Shown here: piece after piece, positions 29,070 to 38,510 of the stretch | Position numbering within the stretch: the first letter of the stretch is position 1 | Layout: every line of letters begins with the position of its first letter | Source: Candidatus Cloacimonadota bacterium | Lineage (GTDB): Bacteria > Cloacimonadota > Cloacimonadia > Cloacimonadales > TCS61 | DNA: 47,341 bases | Direction of reading: 5' to 3' | Assembly: GCA_030592835.1 (NCBI GenBank) | Contig: JAUVIJ010000001.1 | Coordinates: 1-47,341 of the forward strand | The notes under the pieces: generated by a model | Told to the model about the DNA's origin: nothing | The model's database searches: none | The model's input: the letters and a program-made list of their open reading frames with translations, nothing else | Translations under genes and position numbers: made by a program

Positions 29070-29966
29070 TTAGAATCTGTAACTCAAACCTATCATATGA
29101 ACATCATCTATCTCATAATCAAAAGGAAGATAGGTATAATCGATATAGAATCTCCTGATCTGAAATCCAACACCAACGCTGAAATCCTCGGCATCATAGT
29201 TTATTTTGTAACCAAGGCGCAAGGAAAACCGGTCGTAAAGGATAGCGTTTATTCCTACAGCACCTTTTATATTTTCATCATCTATGTTTTTCAGAGTTTT
29301 CAATTCCGCAAAGATCCGGTATACTTCTGTTTCAAACCCTTTAATCAAAGAAAATTCAAAGGATAGAGGAAGCGGTAATTTTTCTTTATCCATTTTCGTA
29401 GTGAATCCGAGATGTTTTACGGCTGCGGCAACCATTAATTCTTTTATCGGAGTAATGTAAGCATAGCCCAGGTCCAAAGACCCTCCCAAACTGGAGGAGT
29501 CATCGATTTTCTCATAAAGACCACTGATATTGATCGCGGCATAATGATCCGGGTTTATTCTGTATCCCCCGTGCAGGGTAAAAACAAGATCGAGGGGATG
29601 GAACTCACCGATAAGGTCACCGGTATCATCTCTTTCATCGATTTTACCATAATCAAGCTGTCTGAAAGCAACACCAAAGGATCTCTTTCCTGTAGATTTT
29701 ATATAGCCCAGTCCGGTCAGTGAAGTATCGAATATCCAGAATTTATGTGCAACTGAGATCATTTCTCCCCGATTGTACACCCCGGCAGCAGGATTGGCCA
29801 GAAAACTGAAACTGTCATAATTGGAAAAAGATCCTGTTCCTCCCTGAGCGGAAATACTGGTTCCAATATCGATCGTTAACATCTTGAATCCATATTCTCC
29901 ACCGGATTCTGCAAGCAGCAATCCGGCTAATTGTATGATCATGAGTATAATTACGAACTTTTTCAT
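29070..29966 (-). CDS. PorV/PorQ/FadL-superfamily outer-membrane beta-barrel protein
   Basis: Signal peptide, then N-terminal G.KMLTIDIGTSISAQGGTG...LANPAAG (the GG...NPA pattern of PorV/FadL barrels). Alternating beta pattern and terminal aromatic (SYRF). GGAGG upstream. Sandwiched between two T9SS cargo genes. Confidence 0.55.
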   Translation of the reverse strand: MKKFVIILMIIQLAGLLLAESGGEYGFKMLTIDIGTSISAQGGTGSFSNYDSFSFLANPAAGVYNRGEMISVAHKFWIFDTSLTGLGYIKSTGKRSFGVAFRQLDYGKIDERDDTGDLIGEFHPLDLVFTLHGGYRINPDHYAAINISGLYEKIDDSSSLGGSLDLGYAYITPIKELMVAAAVKHLGFTTKMDKEKLPLPLSFEFSLIKGFETEVYRIFAELKTLKNIDDENIKGAVGINAILYDRFSLRLGYKINYDAEDFSVGVGFQIRRFYIDYTYLPFDYEIDDVHMIGLSYRF

Positions 29967-30002
29967 TTATCCTCCGGAAATATTCTAGTTTAAAATATCT
30001 GC

Positions 30003-33000
30003 CTATTTTTCAATAGCAAATTTTCTTTTCAATACACTCCCTTTTGCTTTAATCATTGCGAAATACATTCCCGAAGCCAGATTTCTGGCATCCAACTGAA
30101 TCCCGTTACGGATATAAGCTTCACAATATGATTTTTTTGTGTAAATAATATTACCAGCAATGTCAAATATTTTTATTTCAACATTTGAATTTACCGACGT
30201 CATTATCCTTATCGTTACTGTCTGAGACCATTCCTGACCATTGTAAATACTACTGTTATATACCGAACTAAGGGGATTGGGATAGATATAAGTTTCTTCC
30301 ACAACAAAGACTCCCTGCTGCAGATAATTATTCTCAGGCAGGTTCCCCAGCCAGGACGCTGTTCGCTGTAAATTTCCATATTCACATGTCCAAGACGTTA
30401 AAGCTGGTGATTGTGTTAATTTTTTTCTGAAAATCGAGCCATTATCACTGGAGATATAAATAGTGCTGTCAGATTCCGATATTACCGGATATTGCCTACT
30501 TATATTGGCATAAGCAAGAGGATAATCTCTTCTAATTTCATAATCATTATTGAGGAGATTGTTCCAGACCGCCAGTCGATTTCTGGACATGTTACCGATA
30601 ATTTCCAGGTTCCCGTCATTCTCCAGATCAATCGCCATGATGCCAGCCGCTTGATAAAGTGAATCAGGGGCTGAAACAGGCTGGCTCGGTTTACTAATAG
30701 AACCGTCTTTATCTATTATAATAAAATCATTTTCTCCGCCAATCAGAATGTCAAGATATCCGTTCCTATCCACATCAGCCAGTGATGGCATGGAAAAGGA
30801 ATCCATTTCCAGTTCAACCGGGAAATTATCCAAAAGATTCAGATTCTGGTCCAGGACATAGACAAGGGTGTCGGGAAAAGATGTCAGAAAGATGATCTCA
30901 TTTTCTTCGTCATTATTAATGTCAGCCAGAAATGTGGAATGGATAATTGTTTCAGGATCCATTACGGAAATGCTTATTACAGTGTATTCACTAGTTTCAA
31001 GATCGGTTTCTATAAGTTTGAAAACCGATTCCGAATCCTGTCCAAAATGATATATAGTTCCATTTTTCAGCATTAAATTTGAAACTATTTTCAAGCCTTG
31101 GAATTCAATTGGCTGGTATAAAATATAATCCTGATCAAAAACCTGGATCCTGCTGGCAAATTGATCTGTTCTATTCAAGGGCAGAAGTAATCTAAAAGTG
31201 CTGTTCTGGTCGGGATTAACAACCGGAGGTCCGGCCCATTCGGTTGCGAAAAAGGGTGGAAAGTACTCATAAGCTTCTTCCCCATTCAGGAAAAACAGAC
31301 CTGCATAGACATTTCCAGGTGCCTTTGTTGGGATAATGAATGTTCCGGTTACTTCATCGAACGCATAAAAATCAGCCAGGGAATCACTGTTTACCGGGTA
31401 ACCTTCTACAAGTTCGAAATTATCCCAGAGATAGAAATTCCCGTCAGGCATCGGGTAGAAAATTTCATTGTCTCCATCCTGATCAAGATCTACTACGGCT
31501 GCTGGATAGGGGTTTTCTCCTTCATAACCGGTGTTTAAGTTCCATTTAAAACGGACGGATATATTCATCAGGGAATCAGAAGCGCTGATATTGTAAATCT
31601 CCAATTGATTCCCACCGTAATAACTGTCGGCTATCGGTAAATGCGGTCCACTTTCACCCTCGGGATACATTTTGCCAAAATAAGTGTTGTTACCTTCTCT
31701 AAAAGCATCGAAAGGTGATCCCAGACTGTAGATATTTGTAGTAAAATCCAGATGCTGGATCCCATCGGCTTCTTCCAGATCGACTCCCTTATGAGAAGCA
31801 TTGCCGTTTACGGAATTGGATTCAAAATCAGGATCAAAATTAGCGTTAATTATATTTTCATCAATATGCCAGATCAAAAGACCGGAACCATCCTCCGGCT
31901 CATTTGGTCCACCCAGACCCGGACAGTAGAAATCCCATTCACATCCTTCGTATGTGTTTTCCATGAAGTTGAATTTGGGTTGTCCCGCATTGGGATGCCC
32001 TGGAGGATAAACATCCTGTTCTCCTGGAGGTAAAAGATGGAAAGTGAATGAAGGTTCACCGTTTGCCATGCTCCCATCCGGATTTTGTTGTCTGTTTTCC
32101 AAAAGAAAGTATTCACTGTCGGATATCTTAACCTGAATGAGTTTCGGAGTTTCGGTATCTTCTGCCAGGGGAAAGACAAGTTGCTGTTCTTCGATATAAT
32201 TGTCGATCTCTACTAAAAAATTTTCTTCCCAACCGAGATAATACCTGGACCAGGCACAAGGCAGGGGCGGCACAAAACCGTTGGCATTCCAGACACCCGT
32301 ACCCATAAGACCAAAATTTCCTATCCCGAAAGAAGCACCGTTGTCAGAATTGTTATCAAAAAGTGTGGGTAGTCCGATGGCATGACCTACCTGATGGCAA
32401 TAAACACCATAGATTCCATATACCGTATCCCCTAAATTGTTGTCGGGCTGCCATTCTGTTTCCGGGCAAATGACAAAATTTGTCAGGATAATTCCATCAT
32501 CTGTCTCTATCCCAATGAATTCTTCATTCTCCGGATCTAATCCTGCATTAAGTGATCTTCTGGTTATGAAAGTACTCCAGAGCTCATCCTCATTATTGCC
32601 AGTGATATCTGCTTCCTGACCTGCTCCCGAGTGGATGATTATAATTTCATCATATTCCGTAAAATCAATAACCGGGTCGGATAACTCAACGACTTCCACC
32701 ACAAATTCTGCTATTCTTTCAGTCCAGTTGTCATCATCCCCATAATAACCCATCTCATTGTCAACAGTGAAAACATCATTCCAGACAGTAAAATCTTCTG
32801 CTGTGATATTGTATACTCCATGTGAGACATCTCTGAAATAACCAGCAACATGAAACATCATTCTTTCAAAGAAGGTTTTATCATGAGCCAAGGAGTCGGG
32901 GTAGTCAGCGATCAGATCAAAGCCGACATCTGGAAAATCTACTCGCAGAACTAAAATATCCTCTGGTAACTCTCTCACTTGGTTTCGGGATAAAGGCATA

Positions 33001-33125
33001 TATTCCCGCGAGATCTGGTGATAATACTGCATTTCAGAAATACTTTTTGCGGGTACAGGTGGAACGGCAAAGATGTTATTTAAGGCTACAAACAGGATCA
33101 GGATCGTGAAAAGAATTCTACCCAT
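30003..33125 (-). CDS. M6 (immune inhibitor A)-like metalloprotease-domain protein with HQxxH in place of HExxH, FG-GAP-type repeats and T9SS C-terminal sorting domain
   Basis: M6-like blocks VLRVDFPD, IIIHSGAGQEA and CHQVGHAIGLPTLFD. The Gln245 codon is CAG (plus strand 32391-32393). Repeats DLDQDGDNEIF, DINNDEENEIIF, DVDRNGYLDIL and DLENDGNLEII. CTD IYPNPLSS...VEIKIFDIAGNII...GMYFAMI. AAGGAG upstream. Confidence 0.7.
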   Translation of the reverse strand: MGRILFTILILFVALNNIFAVPPVPAKSISEMQYYHQISREYMPLSRNQVRELPEDILVLRVDFPDVGFDLIADYPDSLAHDKTFFERMMFHVAGYFRDVSHGVYNITAEDFTVWNDVFTVDNEMGYYGDDDNWTERIAEFVVEVVELSDPVIDFTEYDEIIIIHSGAGQEADITGNNEDELWSTFITRRSLNAGLDPENEEFIGIETDDGIILTNFVICPETEWQPDNNLGDTVYGIYGVYCHQVGHAIGLPTLFDNNSDNGASFGIGNFGLMGTGVWNANGFVPPLPCAWSRYYLGWEENFLVEIDNYIEEQQLVFPLAEDTETPKLIQVKISDSEYFLLENRQQNPDGSMANGEPSFTFHLLPPGEQDVYPPGHPNAGQPKFNFMENTYEGCEWDFYCPGLGGPNEPEDGSGLLIWHIDENIINANFDPDFESNSVNGNASHKGVDLEEADGIQHLDFTTNIYSLGSPFDAFREGNNTYFGKMYPEGESGPHLPIADSYYGGNQLEIYNISASDSLMNISVRFKWNLNTGYEGENPYPAAVVDLDQDGDNEIFYPMPDGNFYLWDNFELVEGYPVNSDSLADFYAFDEVTGTFIIPTKAPGNVYAGLFFLNGEEAYEYFPPFFATEWAGPPVVNPDQNSTFRLLLPLNRTDQFASRIQVFDQDYILYQPIEFQGLKIVSNLMLKNGTIYHFGQDSESVFKLIETDLETSEYTVISISVMDPETIIHSTFLADINNDEENEIIFLTSFPDTLVYVLDQNLNLLDNFPVELEMDSFSMPSLADVDRNGYLDILIGGENDFIIIDKDGSISKPSQPVSAPDSLYQAAGIMAIDLENDGNLEIIGNMSRNRLAVWNNLLNNDYEIRRDYPLAYANISRQYPVISESDSTIYISSDNGSIFRKKLTQSPALTSWTCEYGNLQRTASWLGNLPENNYLQQGVFVVEETYIYPNPLSSVYNSSIYNGQEWSQTVTIRIMTSVNSNVEIKIFDIAGNIIYTKKSYCEAYIRNGIQLDARNLASGMYFAMIKAKGSVLKRKFAIEK

Positions 33126-33150
33126 AAATTCTCCTTTTTATACGGAAACA

Positions 33151-33172
33151 CCCTCTTACTATGATAAGAGGG
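33151..33172 (-). terminator. Hairpin between the zinc-ribbon gene and the M6-like gene (possible terminator or attenuator)
   Basis: CCCTCTTA (33151-33158) and TAAGAGGG (33165-33172) form an 8-bp stem with a 6-nt loop. On the minus-strand RNA it is followed by UGUUUCC, only a weak U-tract. Confidence 0.3.
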
Positions 33173-33203
33173 CTTCCAGTTCAAGACCAGGTATAGATAA
33201 TTG

Positions 33204-33410
33204 CTATATCTTCCCTGACAATATTTCTTTTTCATTACATTTGCATATACTCACAAAATCATACTTGGGAGACCAACCCCCAGCTTTAGATTTTTTACTA
33301 CGTACAAGTTTGATTTTTTTGATTTCAGAATTACATTTCGGGCAGATAACCTTTCCTTCGTCACTGGTTTCATGAGCTAGTTTGGCTGCGAACGATCTTG
33401 CTTTTGGCAT
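33204..33410 (-). CDS. Small basic zinc-ribbon protein (hypothetical)
   Basis: 68 aa with CPKC...CKC (four Cys) and Lys-rich sequence. AAGGAG 7 nt upstream of the ATG. Lies 30 nt downstream of efp on the same strand. Confidence 0.6.
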   Translation of the reverse strand: MPKARSFAAKLAHETSDEGKVICPKCNSEIKKIKLVRSKKSKAGGWSPKYDFVSICKCNEKEILSGKI

Positions 33411-33440
33411 TTCTTCTCCTTTATGGATTCAACTATTATT

Positions 33441-34001
33441 TTACGTTCTTTCTATGTATTCACCGGATCTGGTGTCGATCTTTATTTTATTACCGACCTC
33501 TACAAAAAAAGGAACTGTAATATTCAGTCCTTTATCAGTAACTGCTTTTTTACCGCTTACAGAAGCCGAATTCCCTTTTACATTAGGCTCACATTCAACT
33601 ATTTCCTGAATAACTGTTGTTGGTAACTCTAATTCTACTATCTGACCCTGAGGGTCCATTTTCATGGTGACTTCCATGTTTTCCACCATAAACTTATCTA
33701 AATCTCCCACAACATCACGAGGTACATTGATCTGCTCGTAGTTGTTGCTGTCCATGAAAACATAAAATTCACCGTCGAAATAGAGATATTCCTTTTTATG
33801 TTTTTCGATTCTTATCTCTGTTAAACGTTCACTGGTCCTGAAAGTATTGTCAATGACTTTGCCGGATTTTACATTCTTCAGTTTTGTTCTTATGAAAGCA
33901 GCACCTTTTCCGGGTTTTACATGCTGAAACTCAACAATTTCATAAAGATCATTTTTAAACTCGATGATCATCCCATTCCTGATATCAGATGTCGATGCCA
34001 T
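33441..34001 (-). CDS. efp: Translation elongation factor P
   Basis: 186 aa. N-terminal DIRNGMII.F...LYEIVEFQHVKPGKGAAFIRTKLKN with the conserved modifiable Lys in KPGKG. AAGGAG upstream. Confidence 0.92.
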   Translation of the reverse strand: MASTSDIRNGMIIEFKNDLYEIVEFQHVKPGKGAAFIRTKLKNVKSGKVIDNTFRTSERLTEIRIEKHKKEYLYFDGEFYVFMDSNNYEQINVPRDVVGDLDKFMVENMEVTMKMDPQGQIVELELPTTVIQEIVECEPNVKGNSASVSGKKAVTDKGLNITVPFFVEVGNKIKIDTRSGEYIERT

Positions 34002-34353
34002 AATTACTCCTTGTTGCTTAATTCAGCGTGTATACACTAACATAGTAACTCTTACACAAACTATCAAAAATTTGAAGAGTTCATATTCTGGCAAGGAAAA
34101 AATATTTGCGATCATGATAGATCCTGCATCAAGTGCCGTTTCCGGTTTAATAGCCTCTGGTCGCTGATTGAAACTCATTTTCTTCAAAATGCCAATTATT
34201 CAGTGTAATTCTATTTTTTAAGCATCATTTTTCCATAATTAATTGAATTTTTATATTTGACATAATTACTCAAAATAAAGTAGCTTGCCGAAGTATTACT
34301 TATCATATTTTTTAATCTTTTTTTCCATCATAAAACCCGAAAGGAGAGTACAA

Positions 34354-35664
34354 ATGCTTACGGGAAAGTTAAAAAATTCTGCCGGATTCAGAATAATCAT
34401 CATTTTTATTATTACACTTGTAATGCTTATTCCCGCTCAGATGATACGTTCTCTCATCCGTGAAAGAGAATCCCGGCAGATAGAGGTTGTTAGCGAAATA
34501 TCAAAAAAATGGGGAGAACAACAGATTTTTATCGGTCCGATCCTGACCATACCCTATAAAAAACATCATAAAACTACTGATAATCCTTCATCTTACAGCA
34601 ACCACTACCTGTATATCCTTCCCGATATCCTCAATATTTCCGGTATTCTGGCTCCTGAGGTCAGGCATCGTGGTATATACGAAGCTGTGTTATACAGGGC
34701 AGATCTTGTCTTCGAGGGTGATTTTGATTTAAGTGATCTTCATCAGTATAATCTGGAAGAACAAGATCTGATCCTGGACAAAGCCTTTATTACTATAGGT
34801 ATTTCGGACCTGAAGGGTATCAAAAACAACCCTGTTTTAACCTGGGGAGATACTCAATTTGAAGGAGAGCCGGGTGTATATCAATTTTCACCTCTTGCAT
34901 CAGGTATTACTATCGGTCTTGAAAATTTGAATATAAAAGATAAGATCGAATATTCTTTTTCTCTAACCTTAAACGGCAGCAGGCAATTTAAGCTTGCTCC
35001 TTTAGGAAAACTCACTACGGTCGATCTTTCATCGTCCTGGAAAAATCCCAGCTTTTCCGGAAGTTTTTTGCCTGATAAGCATGATTTTGATTCCGGAGGA
35101 TTTCATGCAAGTTGGAAAATCCTGCATTACAATCGCAACTATCCCCAGAAATGGACAGATATTAATCAGGCTGATAAAATTGAACTTTCTGCCTTTGGGG
35201 TGGAACTGATTTTGCCGGTTGATCACTATCAGAAAACCATGAGAACCATCAAATACTGTTTTCTATTTATTGGATTAACCTTTACAGCTTTCTTCATGCT
35301 GGAAATCCTTACCAAGAAAATATTACATCCACTGCAATATATTCTGATCGGGTTCGGTCTTGTTCTTTTTTACTCCCTACTCTTATCGTTAACAGAACAT
35401 CTTGGATTCAATCTGGCTTACCTTTTGGCTTGTATTTTTATCATCTCCTTGATTTCCATCTATAGTAAGTGGATCATAAAAAGAAAATATCTATCCCTTA
35501 TTATTGCCATGGTCATGTCTATTCTATATGGTTTTCTCTTCATTCTACTGCAGCTTCAGGATTATTCTCTTCTGATAGGCAGCCTTGGACTACTATTTAT
35601 TCTTGGTCTGATTATGTATATTACCAGAAAAATTGACTGGTTTGATATAAATCCGGATGCTTAA
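34354..35664 (+). CDS. creD: CreD-family cell envelope integrity inner-membrane protein
   Basis: AAGGAG at 34341-34346 precedes ATG 34354. N-terminal TM plus RSLIRERESRQ, a large periplasmic region, then five to six C-terminal TMs, as in CreD. Confidence 0.7.
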   Translation: MLTGKLKNSAGFRIIIIFIITLVMLIPAQMIRSLIRERESRQIEVVSEISKKWGEQQIFIGPILTIPYKKHHKTTDNPSSYSNHYLYILPDILNISGILAPEVRHRGIYEAVLYRADLVFEGDFDLSDLHQYNLEEQDLILDKAFITIGISDLKGIKNNPVLTWGDTQFEGEPGVYQFSPLASGITIGLENLNIKDKIEYSFSLTLNGSRQFKLAPLGKLTTVDLSSSWKNPSFSGSFLPDKHDFDSGGFHASWKILHYNRNYPQKWTDINQADKIELSAFGVELILPVDHYQKTMRTIKYCFLFIGLTFTAFFMLEILTKKILHPLQYILIGFGLVLFYSLLLSLTEHLGFNLAYLLACIFIISLISIYSKWIIKRKYLSLIIAMVMSILYGFLFILLQLQDYSLLIGSLGLLFILGLIMYITRKIDWFDINPDA

Positions 35665-35984
35665 GATCTTAAATCGTATTTTAATCTCCATTATCCTTCT
35701 GGATATAGTTATCAGAATAAAAATTACTCCGGGGTAAAGACAAAGAGAAGAAGATAAGAAATGTGGATTCTAAGCTGGACATAATATTCTTGAATAGTGT
35801 CTTTTATGGCATATCTGTGTTATTAAATATCTTTCTTGCCACGGAGTTGTTATGATTTGCCGGTCGTACAGCACTGCTCTTTTCCCTGTTATCTGGAGTT
35901 TGGCCCGGTAATTGCACCCCAAAGTTTAACTCAGATAATGCAGTAGAGGATTGTTGAAGAATAGTAATATTTAAGAGGAAAATT

Positions 35985-36707
35985 ATGAAAACCAGTATTC
36001 CAACCATATCTGTAAAACAGATGAGAGAACTTGATCGATTAATGATCGATTATTATCGTATTTCTCTCGTTCAAATGATGGAAAATGCCGCTATCCATCT
36101 ATCCCGGCTTGCCATTAAAAGGTTTCTCAGGGGTAAAAACTTCGATAAGAAAATCTTCATCTTTGCGGGAAAAGGTTGTAATGGGGGAGGTGTTCTAGCC
36201 TGTGCCCGTCATCTTTCAAACAAAGGCGTACAGTTAGAAGTTTTTCTATCTGCTCCAGCTAATGAATTCAAAGGCATCCCTCTTCATCAGCTTCATATCC
36301 TGAACAAACTTGGCGTTATCGTAAAGACCGGATTACCGGAACACTATGAAGCAGATCTGATCATTGATGGTCTTATAGGATATGGACTTAAGGGTAACCC
36401 TACCGGTCTGACAGCCAAACAGATCAAATGGTGTCATGGCGCCGGGATTCCTATTTTATCGCTTGATATTCCTTCCGGAATGGACGGTGATACGGGGAAA
36501 GTTCTACCTCCTGCAATCAGAGCTTCAGCAACGATGACACTTGCTCTGCCTAAAACAGGTCTATTCGAAGAAGTAGCCATTCTTCAAGTCGGAGATCTAT
36601 TCCTCGCAGATATCAGTATTCCACCGCAATTATATAAAAAAATCGGCTTAATGGATGAAAAAGTAAGGTTTCTTTTTAAAGAAAAAAGTCTATTCCAGAT
36701 TTTCTGA
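35985..36707 (+). CDS. nnrE: NAD(P)H-hydrate epimerase (stand-alone YjeF N-terminal domain)
   Basis: 240 aa. YjeF_N pattern: MRELDR...MENAA, GKGCNGGGVLACARHL, DGLIGYGL and SLDIPSG. Confidence 0.75.
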   Translation: MKTSIPTISVKQMRELDRLMIDYYRISLVQMMENAAIHLSRLAIKRFLRGKNFDKKIFIFAGKGCNGGGVLACARHLSNKGVQLEVFLSAPANEFKGIPLHQLHILNKLGVIVKTGLPEHYEADLIIDGLIGYGLKGNPTGLTAKQIKWCHGAGIPILSLDIPSGMDGDTGKVLPPAIRASATMTLALPKTGLFEEVAILQVGDLFLADISIPPQLYKKIGLMDEKVRFLFKEKSLFQIF

Positions 36708-36795
36708 TTCGGTAGTTTTATCGGAAAATATTAACTTGACCGATTATTCCATTCAAACCTTTATCCATTTTTAAAACTCAAGTCGGGAGGTTAAC

Positions 36796-38328
36796 ATGAA
36801 AATTTTTAAATATTACAACCTTTTCCTGTTGGTATTTTTTCTTACCCCTATTTTCATTCCTGCACTGATCGCTCAGGATTTCACTTTCTATTCTACTGCT
36901 GATATGAGGATATATGCCGGTTCCGGAATATATGATACTTCCAGTTATTTTCGCGGTGTCTGTGAAGCTATCGCTGATCTAGGGTCTGGAGATTTTATGA
37001 TTATTAATGGCGATCTTGATCCTCCTGAAGGAGTTAGTTGGACAATTGAGCAATATCTTGGTTCGGATTACGTCTGGTATCCTGTTACTGGAAATCATGA
37101 AGCAGAAACACCGGAAGATATGGTATGGATGAGAAACATCAATTCAGGAGGTAATTCTCTACCTAACGTCGTCAATATTGGTCCTCCGGGATGTGTTGAA
37201 ACAACCTTCTCTTTTGATTATAATAACTGCCATTTTATAATACTGAATCAGTATTTTGACGGAACCAGCGATGTCGGCACCAATGGTGATGTTGTCGATG
37301 CTCTTTATAACTGGCTGGTGCAGGATTTAGCACAAACAGAGAAGGAGCTGATATTCGTTATCGGTCATGAACCGGCCTACCCTCAACCGGATGAATTCAA
37401 CGGACGCGAAAGACATATGGATGACAGCCTTAATCAGCACCCAACCAATCGTGACAGGTTCTGGCAATTACTTTCATCTTCAGGAGTATATGCATATTTT
37501 TGCGGTCATACCCATAATTACAGTTCATATTACCGGGATGGGGTCTGGCAAATAGATGCAGGTCATGCACGGGGAATCGGTGATACCGGAGCACCCAGTA
37601 CTTTCATCAGAGTCAATATATCTGGCAATGATGTCTCAATGACTGTCTATCGTGATATACATGACGGTATTTATGATTACGATGATATAACAGAAGATAT
37701 CGCTCTTGCGGTCGAGATGTCAAGTTTAACCGCTGGTATGGATGGGAGTTTGCCCTATTTAAGCTGGACTACACAAAGCGAAACCAATAATATCGGTTGG
37801 TATATTTACAGGGAAGAGAGTGACCTTTTCCTTTCAAGTTTACAGTTGAACAATGAACTGATCCCTGGAGCTGGAACCACTTCCCAGCCAACAAACTATC
37901 TCTATTATGATCCTGCTGAGACCTTTATTGGTCAGACCTACTGGTATTGGATAGAAAGCCTTGCAAATGACGGACAGACAGGTTTATTCGGTCCTGTTTC
38001 TTTAATCATTGGAGATGATCAGCCTTACGAGGATCCACCTTTAGTCCCTGTTGAATACGGTCTGTTACAGAATAGTCCAAATCCCTTTAATCCGGAGACA
38101 ATGATATACTATCGACTGGAAGTGGAAGATGATGTCATGGTCGAGATCTACAATGTGAAAGGTGAACGGGTCCGTATATTTACAGAGGGAGCAATGCTTC
38201 CCGGCCTACATAACCTCTCCTGGAATGGTGATGCCATGGATGGTAATCCAGTTGACAGCGGAATATACTTTTGTTATCTGAGAGTTAGAGATTATACCAA
38301 TTCAATGAAAATGTTGCTGCTCAAATGA
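36796..38328 (+). CDS. Secreted calcineurin-like metallophosphoesterase with T9SS C-terminal sorting domain
   Basis: Metallophosphoesterase motifs GDLD, GNHE (PVTGNHEAE), GHEP and GHTHNY. CTD QNSPNPFNPET...VEIYNVKGERV...GIYFCYLRV. GGGAGG upstream. Confidence 0.75.
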   Translation: MKIFKYYNLFLLVFFLTPIFIPALIAQDFTFYSTADMRIYAGSGIYDTSSYFRGVCEAIADLGSGDFMIINGDLDPPEGVSWTIEQYLGSDYVWYPVTGNHEAETPEDMVWMRNINSGGNSLPNVVNIGPPGCVETTFSFDYNNCHFIILNQYFDGTSDVGTNGDVVDALYNWLVQDLAQTEKELIFVIGHEPAYPQPDEFNGRERHMDDSLNQHPTNRDRFWQLLSSSGVYAYFCGHTHNYSSYYRDGVWQIDAGHARGIGDTGAPSTFIRVNISGNDVSMTVYRDIHDGIYDYDDITEDIALAVEMSSLTAGMDGSLPYLSWTTQSETNNIGWYIYREESDLFLSSLQLNNELIPGAGTTSQPTNYLYYDPAETFIGQTYWYWIESLANDGQTGLFGPVSLIIGDDQPYEDPPLVPVEYGLLQNSPNPFNPETMIYYRLEVEDDVMVEIYNVKGERVRIFTEGAMLPGLHNLSWNGDAMDGNPVDSGIYFCYLRVRDYTNSMKMLLLK

Positions 38329-38510
38329 AATGTTAAATTCATAAAAAGACCGGAGTTTAACCAATTATATTAAGAGTGAAATCTACTGCAAATTGCCCGC
38401 AAAGAAATTGTTAAGTTTAACTTAAAATTGACAAGGGATGTATCCATATTTTTTTTGTTAGTTTCGATAAATATTATTCAGTATTGATTAGGATAAATGG
38501 GGAGTTGAAC

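Noticed and set aside
33964-34167. 67-aa plus ORF overlapping the efp start.
   Set aside because: It is antisense to the efp N-terminus and ribosome-binding site and runs into an AT-rich spacer. It has no translation signals.
35665-35984. 320-nt spacer before the NAD(P)HX epimerase gene with a locally GC-richer patch (about 35840-35925), considered as a riboswitch or small RNA. Also the 67-aa minus ORF at 35804-36007.
   Set aside because: I could find only one short G-U-containing helix (35857-35863 with 35905-35911) and no known riboswitch, SRP, 6S or tmRNA consensus. The minus ORF lacks a ribosome-binding site and overlaps the nnrE start. The region remains unexplained, but there is nothing supportable.
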